A DNA stretch of 64,000 nt. Origin: an uncultured Spirochaetota bacterium. Its GTDB lineage: Bacteria > Spirochaetota > Spirochaetia > SZUA-6 > Fen-1364. Positions 1 to 9,971 of the stretch are shown piece after piece; position 1 is the first letter of the stretch; each line of letters begins with the position of its first letter. The position numbers were made by a program, and so were the translations under genes. The notes beneath the pieces were generated by a model. That model was not told where the DNA came from. It ran no database searches and saw nothing but the letters and a program-made list of their open reading frames with translations. The stretch lies in the NCBI GenBank assembly GCA_963745235.1, contig CAVUXE010000010.1, positions 32,001-96,000 of the forward strand, in the 5' to 3' direction.

Positions 1-31
1 GTGAGCCGCCCTGCTTCGCTGGTACCGCTTA

Positions 32-1321
32 GGAAGTGTCAAACAATAACTGAACTAATTACTTGACTGTCTTCCTTGGATGAATCGTGTAGTTCCAGTC
101 ACCATGGAAACGATGTCGCGTGAGATTCACTTCAAGAAGCTGCTCGTCGGAGACAGTCTGGCCGTCCGGATAAGGACCTGTGTCGAGCTCGCTACGAACA
201 CGTAGACCCGTTACGGTTCTTGTTGAGGCGATCAGACTGACGATCACGGCCAAGCTTGTCAGAGGCTGCCCGCGCCAGTTGCTGCTGATGTACGAGAAGA
301 GCCGGTGTTCAATCTTGTTCCACTTGCTCGTCCCCGGAGGAAAGTGGCAGACCGCGATCGAGAGCCCCGTGCGAGTGGCCAGTTGCTGCAATTCCCACTT
401 CCACAGCCGAACACGTGAGCCGTTACTTCCTCCAGCATCCGCAGTGATGAGAAGAGATCTGGCGTGCGGGTATGCGGGTCGTCCCATCTTACGCCACCAG
501 CGGCCGATGGTGCGGACTGCGAAACTCGCGGTGTCGTGGTCGATGCCCACACTGACCCACCCCGCGTTGCGTGTCAGGTCGTAGACTCCGTAGGGGATCG
601 CCTTTCCTTTCTCGGGAATGATGAAGTCGTGAACCCGAACAACGTGGGGGCTCTTCTTCGGCCTCCACTGTTTCCCAGCGTTTTTGAAGTCTCCCACCAG
701 CTCCTTCTTCTTCGTGTCTACGGAGATCACCGGCTGCTCCTCGGCTTGGAAAGCTCGAACCCGCCGATTGATGTAGCGAAACTGCCCGTCCCGATCGGGA
801 TGGTTGGGTCCCTCGCGGCCCTTGCGATTGCTCTGCAGGCTGTAGCCTGCGGAGCATAACAACTCTGCCACCAACTGGTGGCTGGCGACATGCCCCATGC
901 CACGAAGTGCCTCCGAGAGGGTCCTCACACTCCTGGATGTCCAGCGCAGAGGTGACTGTGGATCTCCAGAGACAGCGGGCTCGACCAAGTTCTCCAGGTC
1001 GTTCACCAGAGTCGGATCCTTCTGAAGTGTCTTCTTGCGCCCTCCCCCTGCCCGGCGAACTCGATCAGGCGGCGCAACTTCTTCTGATTCCAGATCCTTG
1101 AGGCCTCGCACAACCGTGGAGTATGAGATCCCCGTCGCGCGTGCCACGAGGGTAATACCTCCACGGCCCGCCTGGCGGGCTTCGGTGGCTGCCCAGATGC
1201 GCCGCGCGCGTTCACTGAGAACCGGAGCCAAGGCTTTGTACTTGGTCCTCAAAGGCTCGACATCCACATGCACATGATATACCACGTAGGCAATTTCGTC
1301 CAGTTATTTTCTGACGCTTCC
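32..1321 (-). mobile_element. ISAzo13-family insertion sequence, complete
   Basis: Terminal inverted repeats 32-52 (GGAAGTGTCAAACAATAACTG) and 1301-1321 (reverse complement GGAAGCGTCAGAAAATAACTG) match at 18/21. A 3-bp TTA duplication flanks it (29-31, 1322-1324). It encloses a single transposase ORF. Confidence 0.93.
59..1285 (-). CDS. ISAzo13-family DDE transposase
   Basis: Family motifs LRWTSRS, GYSLQSNRK, HPDRDGQF, PVISVDTKKKELVG, DAGGSNG and PPGTSKWNKIEHRLFS; intact 408-aa ORF. Confidence 0.93.
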   Translation of the reverse strand: MVYHVHVDVEPLRTKYKALAPVLSERARRIWAATEARQAGRGGITLVARATGISYSTVVRGLKDLESEEVAPPDRVRRAGGGRKKTLQKDPTLVNDLENLVEPAVSGDPQSPLRWTSRSVRTLSEALRGMGHVASHQLVAELLCSAGYSLQSNRKGREGPNHPDRDGQFRYINRRVRAFQAEEQPVISVDTKKKELVGDFKNAGKQWRPKKSPHVVRVHDFIIPEKGKAIPYGVYDLTRNAGWVSVGIDHDTASFAVRTIGRWWRKMGRPAYPHARSLLITADAGGSNGSRVRLWKWELQQLATRTGLSIAVCHFPPGTSKWNKIEHRLFSYISSNWRGQPLTSLAVIVSLIASTRTVTGLRVRSELDTGPYPDGQTVSDEQLLEVNLTRHRFHGDWNYTIHPRKTVK

Positions 1322-1478
1322 TTAGCGGAACAATCATCGCTAACGGCTATTCGTACAATATGAATCAACTCTCATTCGAAAGAAAGTGCTCTTATTATAG
1401 GCTCAGGAATACGCTCGCTGGCAGAACGGTGTGAGATTGATAATCGCGGGAGTATCAGGGTCCGCGTTTCCATTACTC

Positions 1479-1506
1479 TTGACTCCGACCGGCACGGATG
1501 TAAAAT
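1479..1506 (+). promoter_or_regulatory. Putative sigma70 promoter for the lipoprotein gene
   Basis: TTGACT-N16-TAAAAT; an AGGAGG Shine-Dalgarno precedes the ATG at 1595. Confidence 0.5.
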
Positions 1507-1594
1507 AGGTCAAATCGTCGGCTGCTCCTGTCGGCCTGCCATGCAGCCTGTCTAACAACTCCCGTCAACAAGAGAAGCCCGTAGGAGGAAGTGC

Positions 1595-2371
1595 ATGAGA
1601 AACCGGGTGATTCTAATTGTATTTGGGGGATTCGTGGCGCTTGTTCTGCTGGCCAGCTGTGGGCCCGGGAAGTATGTTCCAAAGGCAAATGAAGAAATCT
1701 ATGGCACATGGATCAACGAGGGTATCCGGTATCAGAAACTTGTTCTCTTTGCAGGCGGGGACAAAGAATACCTTAGCGTGGCAGATGCTGAGCCGGATAT
1801 GGAGACAACAGAGCAGATCAGCGCAAAGTGGAAAGATGGGGACGGAAACATCTGGTACAAGACTTTTGAGCTTTTCATTAGCGGGCATCTCAAAGGCACC
1901 AAGATGCAGTATCTTTGGAAGATCAGCAATGGCTCGCAGATTGAGCTAACAGGTGTGGCGGTAGGAGACTTCAACGAAAAGAGCTTCCCGTTAGACGTTA
2001 ACGGAGCGATCGCATGGCTGATCATCGCAGTATCAGAAACGCTGACGATGAAAGTTGCAAGCGGAACGTTCAAATGTGGGCGGGAAGGGCAAGCAGATGG
2101 GCCTTTCCCGCTCTCTTTTTTGCGGGTCTACCGCGGGTGCGTTTTCATTATGAGCAGCAAGAGGAGAATCAAACTTCCAATTGTCTTTGAAACTCTTGGT
2201 CCACCAGCCGGAGACGTCGGTTACGTTGCCATATGCCTTTTCGGCTGTGACATTTGTTGTGCGAACTACTGCGAGAGGGAGAGTTGGCGCCCAAACTCGT
2301 TGGATACGTTCAAGAACTGCTTTGGAGGAAATCCCGTCATTCTCTTGAAGTCCCTGGTGAAATGGGCTTGA
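1595..2371 (+). CDS. Putative lipoprotein, hypothetical; true 3' end probably near 2045
   Basis: Signal peptide with lipobox LLASC and a good SD. The C-terminal ~100 aa read through a terminator-like hairpin and overlap the AraC gene, so the tail is doubtful. Confidence 0.6.
   Translation: MRNRVILIVFGGFVALVLLASCGPGKYVPKANEEIYGTWINEGIRYQKLVLFAGGDKEYLSVADAEPDMETTEQISAKWKDGDGNIWYKTFELFISGHLKGTKMQYLWKISNGSQIELTGVAVGDFNEKSFPLDVNGAIAWLIIAVSETLTMKVASGTFKCGREGQADGPFPLSFLRVYRGCVFIMSSKRRIKLPIVFETLGPPAGDVGYVAICLFGCDICCANYCERESWRPNSLDTFKNCFGGNPVILLKSLVKWA
2080..2121 (+). terminator. Intrinsic terminator
   Basis: Stem GCGGGAAGGGC / GCCTTTCCCGC followed by TCTCTTTTTT. Confidence 0.6.
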
Positions 2372-3120
2372 TCGTAGAAGTACTGATACATTTCTTCCTT
2401 GAGCGCCTCATACGACATCGTGTGGGCGATCTTCTTGTAAAACCATTGAAAGCGGAAAATCCCTGCCAGGGTCTTTGGCGAGACGCCTACGCTTCTCTTG
2501 AAAAGAATCTCGAGAAAGCGTCTTTCATAGCCGGTCCTCCGTTCGAGATCTGAGATCGAAGCCTTGCCATGAGTCCTTCTTAGAAGATCCACGCAATATT
2601 CGACAATTGGGTCCCGTGATTCCATGTCAATGGACTTGGTGTTCTTGGACGCTCTTCGCTTCAGGCCCTCGAAGAGCCTCTCCTGGATGAAATCCACCTT
2701 TCCCCGGGTCCCTTCGAGATTCCGAACCGTCTCCAAGCAGCTCTGATTCCATGTGCGTGAAAGCACGTCCACAGGCACAAGACGGTTTGCCAGTTCGCCC
2801 ATGGGAACACCGAATACAGGAAAAGCGCCAGATGGTGAAAACTCGATCCCAATGAAACAGGTCTTCCTGGCGGTAGTGCTCAGAACAACAGGGACGTCCC
2901 GGATCCCCACGAACGAGAGGCTTTGCTCCGGGCTCACGTGGGCTCGCCCCTGAGCGGTACTGATGAGTGAGTTCTCGCAGTTGACTATCAGCTTGGGGCA
3001 CCCGTTGGGCGCCGCCAGACTGATGTCCGACACGGGCAGCCCAACCTGGCTCTCAAAGACCCAGATGGATTGAATGTACGGCTTCAACTCGATCCGAGGC
3101 TCGATAAATGACAGTTTCAT
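2266..3120 (-). CDS. AraC-family transcriptional regulator
   Basis: N-terminal LKPYIQSIWVFE (DUF6597-like); C-terminal HTH region RFLEILFKRSVGVSPK...YDQAHFTRDFKRMTGFPP. Confidence 0.9.
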   Translation of the reverse strand: MKLSFIEPRIELKPYIQSIWVFESQVGLPVSDISLAAPNGCPKLIVNCENSLISTAQGRAHVSPEQSLSFVGIRDVPVVLSTTARKTCFIGIEFSPSGAFPVFGVPMGELANRLVPVDVLSRTWNQSCLETVRNLEGTRGKVDFIQERLFEGLKRRASKNTKSIDMESRDPIVEYCVDLLRRTHGKASISDLERRTGYERRFLEILFKRSVGVSPKTLAGIFRFQWFYKKIAHTMSYEALKEEMYQYFYDQAHFTRDFKRMTGFPPKQFLNVSNEFGRQLSLSQ

Positions 3121-3201
3121 CGACCAGCGTTGCCCTGCTCAAGAAGGTCTTAATCTGCCTGTCGGCAGTCAAGCAAATTGGCAGGACGGGGAAGGGCGTG
3201 G

Positions 3202-4083
3202 TCAATCCCCTGCAAAGAATGGCTGCAGGAATATCCGTCCCGCCTCCCCCTCGGCCTCGAACCTGACGTAGGCCTCGTCGGCGGCACGGTACTCGAAGAG
3301 AGTCCCCTCGCCGCTTGCAAGCGTCTTTCCGCCTGGTCCGACAAATCGGCCCGCAGCCGGTGATTCCAGGGCCACCCGAGCACAAAGACCGGTGACGCTT
3401 ACCTCTTTCAGGAAGAGCCCCGTGGAACCGTAGAACCTCCCGGCTTTCAAGGCCGCAAGAAGCCCATCCCCGTTCTGCTCCTGTATGCAGGCCATGGTGA
3501 ACGTCCGCCCGAAATCCGAGAGCTGGTGAAAGTCGTCGTTCACGAAGCCCCAGAACCGCGCACCGCCAGTCAAAAGAGCATCCCACGTCTCTGAATAGAG
3601 CGGGTTCGTCCTGCGCAAGGAGCGGTGCTCACCGGCGTAATGGCCGTTGTACACCTCGATCCCGATCGGAGGCGGGTCAAGGGCAAGGATCATGGGAACG
3701 GTCCAGTATTCGATGACCCAGCTCGGCCGGGGATGACAGACAACGGTGAGCAGGTTTCGACTGGCCTTCAACGCTTCCGAGAGAGGCCGCGTGTGCAGGG
3801 GCGAAACGGTCGAGCCTATGAAGAGGATATTCTCGCTTTTCGACCATTCGAAGCCCTCCAGGAGGATCATCTCAGGCCAGCGCTTTCGGGCTTCGCGGAG
3901 GTCGGTCACGTGATCGTGATCGGTGATCGCCAGGAACCGGGCTCCTGCCGCCCAATACTTTCCTATGCCCTCGAACAAAGGAACCGAGGCGCAGCCGCTG
4001 TGCTCGCGGCAGTGAGTATGCAGATTTCCCCGGACCCACGTTCCCGTGGCGCTTGCGTAGGGGTTGTTCAAGAAAGCAGGCAC
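3202..4083 (-). CDS. PHP-domain (CehA/McbA-like) metallohydrolase
   Basis: GNLHTHC, AITDHDH, CHP, IEVYN, DDFH, and ALKAGRFYGSTG. Confidence 0.8.
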   Translation of the reverse strand: MPAFLNNPYASATGTWVRGNLHTHCREHSGCASVPLFEGIGKYWAAGARFLAITDHDHVTDLREARKRWPEMILLEGFEWSKSENILFIGSTVSPLHTRPLSEALKASRNLLTVVCHPRPSWVIEYWTVPMILALDPPPIGIEVYNGHYAGEHRSLRRTNPLYSETWDALLTGGARFWGFVNDDFHQLSDFGRTFTMACIQEQNGDGLLAALKAGRFYGSTGLFLKEVSVTGLCARVALESPAAGRFVGPGGKTLASGEGTLFEYRAADEAYVRFEAEGEAGRIFLQPFFAGD

Positions 4084-4089
4084 CAGGAT

Positions 4090-5538
4090 CTATCCCGCTG
4101 TGACTTTCAGCTCTCGTGCCGCCTTGACCTCGTCCAGCCTGCGCACGGGCGAGGAGTGCGGCGCTTCTTGCAGAACCTCGGGATTTGCGCCTGCCTCCCG
4201 GGCAATTTCCAGAAGCGCCTGCACGAAGCTGTCCAGCGTCTCCAGGCTCTCCGTCTCCGTGGGCTCTATCATCAGGGCTTCCGGGACGATCAGGGGGAAG
4301 TAGTTTGTCGGAGGATGGAAGCCGTAGTCGATGAGCCTCTTGGAGATGTCCAGGGCACGGATATCGGGTGCAGCGGCGAGCTTTCCCTGCGCAACGAACT
4401 CGTGCATGCAGGTGCGATCGCCATGGGGAACGGGGTACACTCCCTTCAGCCTCGCCTGGAGGTAGTTGGCGTTCAGCACTGCATTCTCCGCAACAGCGCG
4501 CAGCCCGTCAGGTCCCAGCATGCGGATGTAGACGTATGCGCGGACCAGGATGCCGAAATTGCCATGGAAGCTCTTGACCCGTCCTATCGATCGAGCGGGC
4601 ATGCACCAATCGTATTGCCGCGGGTCCGCCGCGTCTTTGCTCACCACCGCGACCACAGGTCCCGGCAGATAATCGGCAAGCCCCTCCACCACGCCCACGG
4701 CGCCCGCGCCGGGCCCGCCACCGCCATGCGGCGTGGAGAACGTCTTGTGGAGGTTGAAATGCATAACGTCGATCCCCATGTCACCCGGCCTGGCCACACC
4801 GAGGATGGCGTTGAAGTTCGCCCCATCTCCGTATACGAGGCCTCCCGCCGCATGGACAAGGCGCGTGACCTCCAGGAGGTTCTCCTCGAACAGGCCCAGC
4901 GTGTTGGGGTTGGTCAGCATGAGGCCGGCCACGCGATCATCGAGGTTTGCTTTCAGACAGGAGATGTCGATGTTGCCCCTTTTGTCGGATGGGATCTCAA
5001 CGGCTTCAAGACCCGCCATGGCGGTGGAGGCGGGGTTGGTGCCGTGAGCGGAGTCAGGGACGAGGATCCTGGTGCGCCCCGTCTGCCCTCGGTCCGCGTG
5101 GTACTTTCGCAGGATCAGGATGCCGGTGAGCTCCCCGTGCGCGCCGGCGGAAGGCTGCAGGGACACCGCGTAAAATCCCCCGATCTCGGCAATCATCTCC
5201 TGGAGGGAATGCATGACAGCGAGAGCTCCCTGCGACGTCGAAGGGTCCTGGAGCGGATGCAACGCCGCAAACCCCGGCAAGCGTGCGGCTGCATCGTTTG
5301 CTTTCGGATTGTACTTCATTGTGCAGGAGCCAAGGGGATAGAACCCGGTATCCACGGCGTAGTTGAGCTGGGAAAGCCGCACGTAGTGGCGCACCACGTC
5401 GATCTCGGAAACCTCCGGGAGGGAAAGCTCCGAGCGGCACAGGTGAGACGGGATGGGGGTTTCGGGCACGTCGCAGGCGGGCAAGGATACCCCTTGCCTT
5501 CCCTTTCGGGAGACTTCGAAAATGAGCGGCTCAGGCAT
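4090..5538 (-). CDS. gcvPB: Glycine dehydrogenase (decarboxylating) subunit 2
   Basis: [32 protein letters not shown]-lysine motif [18 protein letters not shown]. Start reassigned to MPEPLIFE at 5538. Confidence 0.96.
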   Translation of the reverse strand: MPEPLIFEVSRKGRQGVSLPACDVPETPIPSHLCRSELSLPEVSEIDVVRHYVRLSQLNYAVDTGFYPLGSCTMKYNPKANDAAARLPGFAALHPLQDPSTSQGALAVMHSLQEMIAEIGGFYAVSLQPSAGAHGELTGILILRKYHADRGQTGRTRILVPDSAHGTNPASTAMAGLEAVEIPSDKRGNIDISCLKANLDDRVAGLMLTNPNTLGLFEENLLEVTRLVHAAGGLVYGDGANFNAILGVARPGDMGIDVMHFNLHKTFSTPHGGGGPGAGAVGVVEGLADYLPGPVVAVVSKDAADPRQYDWCMPARSIGRVKSFHGNFGILVRAYVYIRMLGPDGLRAVAENAVLNANYLQARLKGVYPVPHGDRTCMHEFVAQGKLAAAPDIRALDISKRLIDYGFHPPTNYFPLIVPEALMIEPTETESLETLDSFVQALLEIAREAGANPEVLQEAPHSSPVRRLDEVKAARELKVTAG

Positions 5539-6883
5539 TGCGGCAATCCTCCAGGGCGGCAACCAGGCGATCGATCTGTTCTTTCGTTGTGACCTCGGTG
5601 CAGCAGAGAAGCATGGCGTCCCGCAGCTCGGGATAATCCGCGCCAAGGTCATAGCCTCCAACAATACCATGCTTCTCGAAGAGCCTCGCGTTGATGCGCG
5701 AAACCGGGCGGGGGCAGCGAACGGCAAACTCGTGGAAGAACTCACCCCGCGTAACGGAGTAGCCGGACAGGCTCCCGACTCGGGAGGCCAGGTAGTGGGC
5801 CTTGTGCCAGCACAACTCTGCGACGCGCCTGAGCCCACGGGGTCCGAGTGCCGTGAGGTAGACCGCGGCGGTGAGGGCATTCAGGGACTGGTTTGTGCAG
5901 ATGTTCGAGGTGGCCTTTTCCCGTCGGATGTGCTGCTCGCGGGTGCTGAGCGTAAAGACGTAGCTCCTGCGGCCATCATGGTCCACGGTCTCTCCGGCAA
6001 TCCTCCCGCTTGATTTGCGGATATGGTCCCGCCGAAAGGCGAAGAACCCGAGGTAGGGACCACCGAAGGACAGGTGGTTCCCCAGCGCCTGGCCCTCGCC
6101 TGCCACAACGTCTGCTCCCATCTCCCCCGGCGGAACCAGAAGCCCAAGGGCAACAGGGTTGGCGACGACAACAAGCAGGGCGCCGCACGCGTGCACGCGC
6201 TTGGCAAGACCGGAGAGCTGGGCCGGCTCGGCGACACGTCCCAGGAAGTCCGGGTACTGCACGACAACGCAGGCGGTGGACTCATCGCACAAATCTCCCA
6301 GCTGATCAAAGCCGATCGAGGTGCTCTCGTCTCCCGTGACGGTGAGCCCCATGCCCTGCGTGTAGGTACGGACCACCGCCCTGTACTGCGGGTGCACCCC
6401 CGCGGAAAGAAGCACGCGTTTCTTCTCCCTTTGCGCCACGTTCAGGGCCATGATGACGGCTTCTGCCGTGGAGGTGGCTCCGTCGTAGTGGGAGGCGTTG
6501 GAGATCTCCATCCCCGTGAGCCGGGCGATCATGCTCTGGTACTCGAAAATTGCCTGCAGCGTTCCCTGGCTGACTTCCGGCTGGTAAGGGGTATACGCCG
6601 TCGCAAACTCGGAGCGGGAGACCATCGCATCCACTACGGCCGGTATGAAATGGTTGTACGCGCCTGCACCGAGGAACGAGGGGGTCTGGGGTCCCTGGGC
6701 GTTCAGGCGCGAGAGTGCATCCAGCTGGCCCAGGACCTCGTGCTCGGAGAGAGCCGCGGGAAGGTCGAGCCTGGGAAAACGGAAATCCTTCGGCACATCG
6801 TGGAACAGCTCGGCGGTGGAAGCGACGCCGATGGCGGAAAGCATGTGCGCGCGGTCGGCATCCGTGTTGGGAATGAAGCTCAT
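5531..6883 (-). CDS. gcvPA: Glycine dehydrogenase (decarboxylating) subunit 1
   Basis: [49 protein letters not shown]. Confidence 0.96.
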   Translation of the reverse strand: MSFIPNTDADRAHMLSAIGVASTAELFHDVPKDFRFPRLDLPAALSEHEVLGQLDALSRLNAQGPQTPSFLGAGAYNHFIPAVVDAMVSRSEFATAYTPYQPEVSQGTLQAIFEYQSMIARLTGMEISNASHYDGATSTAEAVIMALNVAQREKKRVLLSAGVHPQYRAVVRTYTQGMGLTVTGDESTSIGFDQLGDLCDESTACVVVQYPDFLGRVAEPAQLSGLAKRVHACGALLVVVANPVALGLLVPPGEMGADVVAGEGQALGNHLSFGGPYLGFFAFRRDHIRKSSGRIAGETVDHDGRRSYVFTLSTREQHIRREKATSNICTNQSLNALTAAVYLTALGPRGLRRVAELCWHKAHYLASRVGSLSGYSVTRGEFFHEFAVRCPRPVSRINARLFEKHGIVGGYDLGADYPELRDAMLLCCTEVTTKEQIDRLVAALEDCRNA

Positions 6884-7269
6884 AAGGTCTCCACGAGCTT
6901 CCTGTAGGAGGCAAGGTCCATGAGGGAGTCCAGCTCCTTCACGTCGCTCAGGCGGACGCGCACGAGCCAGCCGTCGCCGAAGGGATCCTTGTTCACCAGC
7001 TCCGGCGCTTTGACCAGCTTCTCATTTCGCGCGGTGACCGCCCCCGAGACGGGGGCAAACACCTCTTCGGCGGCCTTCACGGATTCGATCACCATGAACG
7101 CGGACTCCTTCGTAAGCACCTTGCCGACGGCCGGGAGATCCGTGAACACCACGTCGGAGAGCTTGTTCTGCGCGTAGTCCGTGATTCCCACCACGGCCTC
7201 CGCGCCGTCCATCCTCACCCATTCGTGGGTCTTCGAGTAGCGCGCCTTCTCGTCGAATTTGTACTCCAT
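6880..7269 (-). CDS. gcvH: Glycine cleavage system H protein
   Basis: YSKTHEWVR, VGITDYAQ, lipoyl-lysine motif IESVKAA, NKDPFGDGW. Start at the ATG at 7269. Confidence 0.96.
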   Translation of the reverse strand: MEYKFDEKARYSKTHEWVRMDGAEAVVGITDYAQNKLSDVVFTDLPAVGKVLTKESAFMVIESVKAAEEVFAPVSGAVTARNEKLVKAPELVNKDPFGDGWLVRVRLSDVKELDSLMDLASYRKLVETL

Positions 7270-7274
7270 CCCTC

Positions 7275-8371
7275 TCACCTCCAGTGGGGCGATGTGTAAA
7301 AGGGCCGCTTCACGATCCGCGCGGCTTTTGGTGATTCCCTGATGACAATCTGCACCTCGCGATCGAGGTCCGCAAAGCCATCGTCCACGTATCCCATTCC
7401 GAGGAAGCGTCCCGTCGAGGGGCTTGCCAGCCCGGTTGTCACGCGCCCGACTTTCTTTCCCCCGGCGTGGACGGGGTAGCCCTGACGGGGGACTCCGGGT
7501 TCCATCATCTCGAAGCCCACGAGGCGGCACGACAACGGCCGGGAGGCAACGGCCTCCAGGGCGCGCTTGCCGATGAACTCGTGACCTTCCAGGCGGACCG
7601 CCGCACGGGCCAGGCCGGCGCTGATGGGGTCCGTGCTCTCATCTATCTCGTGGCCGTACAAGGGCAGGCATGCTTCCGCCCGCAGGGAATCCCGCGCTCC
7701 GAGGCCGCAGGGGATCAGCCCGCGGGGCTCGCCTTCCTTGAGGATTGCGGCCCAGAGGCGCCCAGCGTCACCGGCAGGGATCAGCATCTCGCAGCCCGGC
7801 TCTCCCGTATACCCCGTGGTGCAGAGAATGGTCCCAGCGCCAAGAAGGCTGCACTCCCTGACGCGGTGAAATCCCATCTCGTCAATGTCCATCCCCTCGC
7901 ACAAGGGCCTTATTATCTCCCGCGCCGCCGGACCCTGGAGTGCAAGCATGCAGGTGTCGCTTCCGCGATCCCGGAGGCTGACTTTCATCCCTCGCGCCCG
8001 CGACTGCAGCCAGGAAAGGTCCTTTGCCGTGTTGGAGGCGTTGACAATCATGAGCCAGGACTGGGGAAGGTGGTAGAGGAAGATATCGTCAATGATGCCG
8101 CCGGACTCGGAGCACAGGAGACTGTAGTGAGCGCGGCCCTCCGCAAGGCGGGAAATGTCCCACGTCTGGACCAGTTGAAGAAAAGGCAGGGAGTCCGGAC
8201 CTGCTATCTCGAACCTGCCCATGTGATCTATGTCGAAGAGTCCCGCGGCGGATCGCACGCGCAGGTGCTCTTCCCGGGGCCGGTGCCGTACTGGATGGGC
8301 ATGTCCCATCCGCTGAAGTCAATCATCCGTGCGCCGGCCCGCACGTGCCAGTCATGCAGCTTTGTCTGCAT
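7275..8371 (-). CDS. gcvT: Aminomethyltransferase (T protein), one frameshift near 8278
   Basis: MQTKLHDWH...[13 protein letters not shown] lies in one frame; [23 protein letters not shown] and [20 protein letters not shown] lie in the next. One C is missing from a CCCCGG run. Confidence 0.93.
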
Positions 8372-8382
8372 GCAACCTCCCC

Positions 8383-8417
8383 TCGCACGGATAGTGCGAT
8401 TCGCACGAATAGTGCGG
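8383..8417. repeat. Tandem pair of palindromic 17-mers upstream of the gcvT SD
   Basis: TCGCACGGATAGTGCGA-T-TCGCACGAATAGTGCGG. Confidence 0.75.
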
Positions 8418-8427
8418 CTCCCCCGAC

Positions 8428-8458
8428 AAAAAAAGAGAACGGTCACGTTCCCGTTCTC
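8428..8458 (-). terminator. Riboswitch expression-platform terminator
   Basis: Minus strand GAGAACGG-(8 nt)-CCGTTCTC-TTTTTTT, directly after aptamer 2. Confidence 0.88.
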
Positions 8459-8724
8459 CTCTGTCATGGGCCTGAGAGATTGCTCCCGGACGGCGTCCTC
8501 CGCGGTTGCCCGCGGATTTCCGCCTCATGCCCGGGGATTGCCCCTTCGGCGACCGGCAGGCCCCCCGTGGAGCCGCTGCGGCTACTTTCCAGAGTGCTGT
8601 CCCAGTGCGATCCTTTTGCCTGAGAGTTTCAGCGGCCCGTGTGCCGGCCCGCTGCTTGCCCCTTCGGCGACTTCCGCAGCAGCTTCGCTCCTGCTCGAGT
8701 TCTCTCTCGCACTGTTCTTCCAGC
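8459..8724 (-). ncRNA. Tandem glycine riboswitch
   Basis: Two aptamers, each with CGCCGAAGGGGCAA and CTCTCAGG. P1 helices are CAGTGCGA/TCGCACTG and CTCTG/CAGAG; the leader GCTG can pair with the linker CAGC. It lies upstream of gcvT. Confidence 0.95.
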
Positions 8725-8736
8725 CGAACCTCTGGC

Positions 8737-8765
8737 ACCGTATCACGCCCTCCGGGGGACGTCAA
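8737..8765 (-). promoter_or_regulatory. Putative sigma70 promoter of the gcv leader
   Basis: TTGACG-N17-TACGGT with an extended TGn, just upstream of the riboswitch. Confidence 0.6.
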
Positions 8766-8807
8766 GCTCTGAGAGGCACCGAAGGCGCCGCTGAGAGGCG
8801 CGAGCCC

Positions 8808-9854
8808 TCAATCGCTTGCCAGCCCAGGGGTCCTCTTTGCATCCAGGTCGGGTGGAATGGAAAGGAAGTTCATTGGATCGACATAGTTGCCGCCCAGGTG
8901 TACTTCATAATGAAGGTGGGGCCCCGTTGAGAGGCCGGTGGTCCCCAGGTAGCCAATGATGTCCCCGCGGTTCACGTGACTGCCCTTGCGCGCAACGACG
9001 CGCATCATGTGGAGGTACCTGGTGGTGAATCCGTACTTGTGCTGGATCGAAACGAAATTGCCAAGGTCGTCATTGTAGCCTGTCTGCAGGACTGTTCCGT
9101 TTGCGGCCGCTTCCACGGGAGTGCCCATGCCCCAGGCGATGTCCACACCGAGATGCAGGTATCCCATGTGGGTGAACGGGTGGATGGTCCAGCCGAAGCG
9201 CGTGGTGATTATGCCGTGCACTCCCTTCAGCGGCCACAGTGTTGGCGTGTCGGCCAGGAGCTCCTTGTAGGTCTTCAGCATCTTGCCGATCTCATCCAGA
9301 GTCTCAGTGGAGCCGTCCATGAGGCTCGTCGTGTTCTTGAGGTCAGCGAGCTCCTTCAGGCTGCCCTGGCTGGTGGTCTCCGGCGCGAGGAACTGCGAGG
9401 CCACCGCGCCGGTCCCGGTTGCAGTGAAAGGATCCGGGTTGGAAATGGAGCTTCGCACGTTCTGAAGGCTGACCCGGAAGCCCCTTTCAGCCTTGCGCAA
9501 AGCCGAGACCTGGTCCCGGAGGCCTTGGATTGCCGTATCACTGTCCTGGAGGCTGAGGGAGACCCGCGTCAGCCGGTCGTTCATGGGCCGGAAGTTGATG
9601 ACGAGGACCGTGAATCCGGCCAGCACGATTCCAATGACGCACGTGAAGAAGATGAGCGAGAAGAAGGAGATCTGGAAATTGAAGATCCTTTTCTCCGTGT
9701 GGGGGATGATCATGACGGTGAACCGCTGTCTCCCCTTCTTCATGGCCAGCAGAAGGGCTTCGAGCAGCTTGACCCAGGTCCGCCTCAGCCAGAGGCCGAG
9801 GCTTTGGGCAAAGCGGTTCTCGAGCTTCTTGTACTGGGCAACAGTCAAGGACAA
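8808..9854 (-). CDS. M23-family metallopeptidase, membrane-anchored, spirochete type
   Basis: HLGVDIA (HxxxD) and GLSTGPHLHYEV (HxH); N-terminal TM segment and coiled coil. Confidence 0.92.
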   Translation of the reverse strand: MSLTVAQYKKLENRFAQSLGLWLRRTWVKLLEALLLAMKKGRQRFTVMIIPHTEKRIFNFQISFFSLIFFTCVIGIVLAGFTVLVINFRPMNDRLTRVSLSLQDSDTAIQGLRDQVSALRKAERGFRVSLQNVRSSISNPDPFTATGTGAVASQFLAPETTSQGSLKELADLKNTTSLMDGSTETLDEIGKMLKTYKELLADTPTLWPLKGVHGIITTRFGWTIHPFTHMGYLHLGVDIAWGMGTPVEAAANGTVLQTGYNDDLGNFVSIQHKYGFTTRYLHMMRVVARKGSHVNRGDIIGYLGTTGLSTGPHLHYEVHLGGNYVDPMNFLSIPPDLDAKRTPGLASD

Positions 9855-9971
9855 CCTCCCCCTTTCAGGCTAGCCTTCCCCTGAACCTTGTTATAGTCAT
9901 TGTCGGCGCAAAATCCGCCATGAATGCTGCATGAATATCTCATAATTTTTCGTTATTGGCGACAGGGGGGG

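Noticed and set aside
1325-1594. Integron attC site or c-di-GMP riboswitch in the lower-GC spacer
   Set aside because: GTCTAAC has no matching GTTRRRY partner, and the riboswitch stems could not be built.
3625-5592. Long antisense ORFs (for example 3625-5592, 37935-40055, 52993-54645)
   Set aside because: Shadow frames of GC-rich genes, with no motifs and fully overlapping well-supported genes.
8767-8805. Plus-strand CTCTGAGAGGCACCGAAGG resembling a third glycine aptamer
   Set aside because: Wrong strand, no CTCTCAGG partner and no P1 helix.
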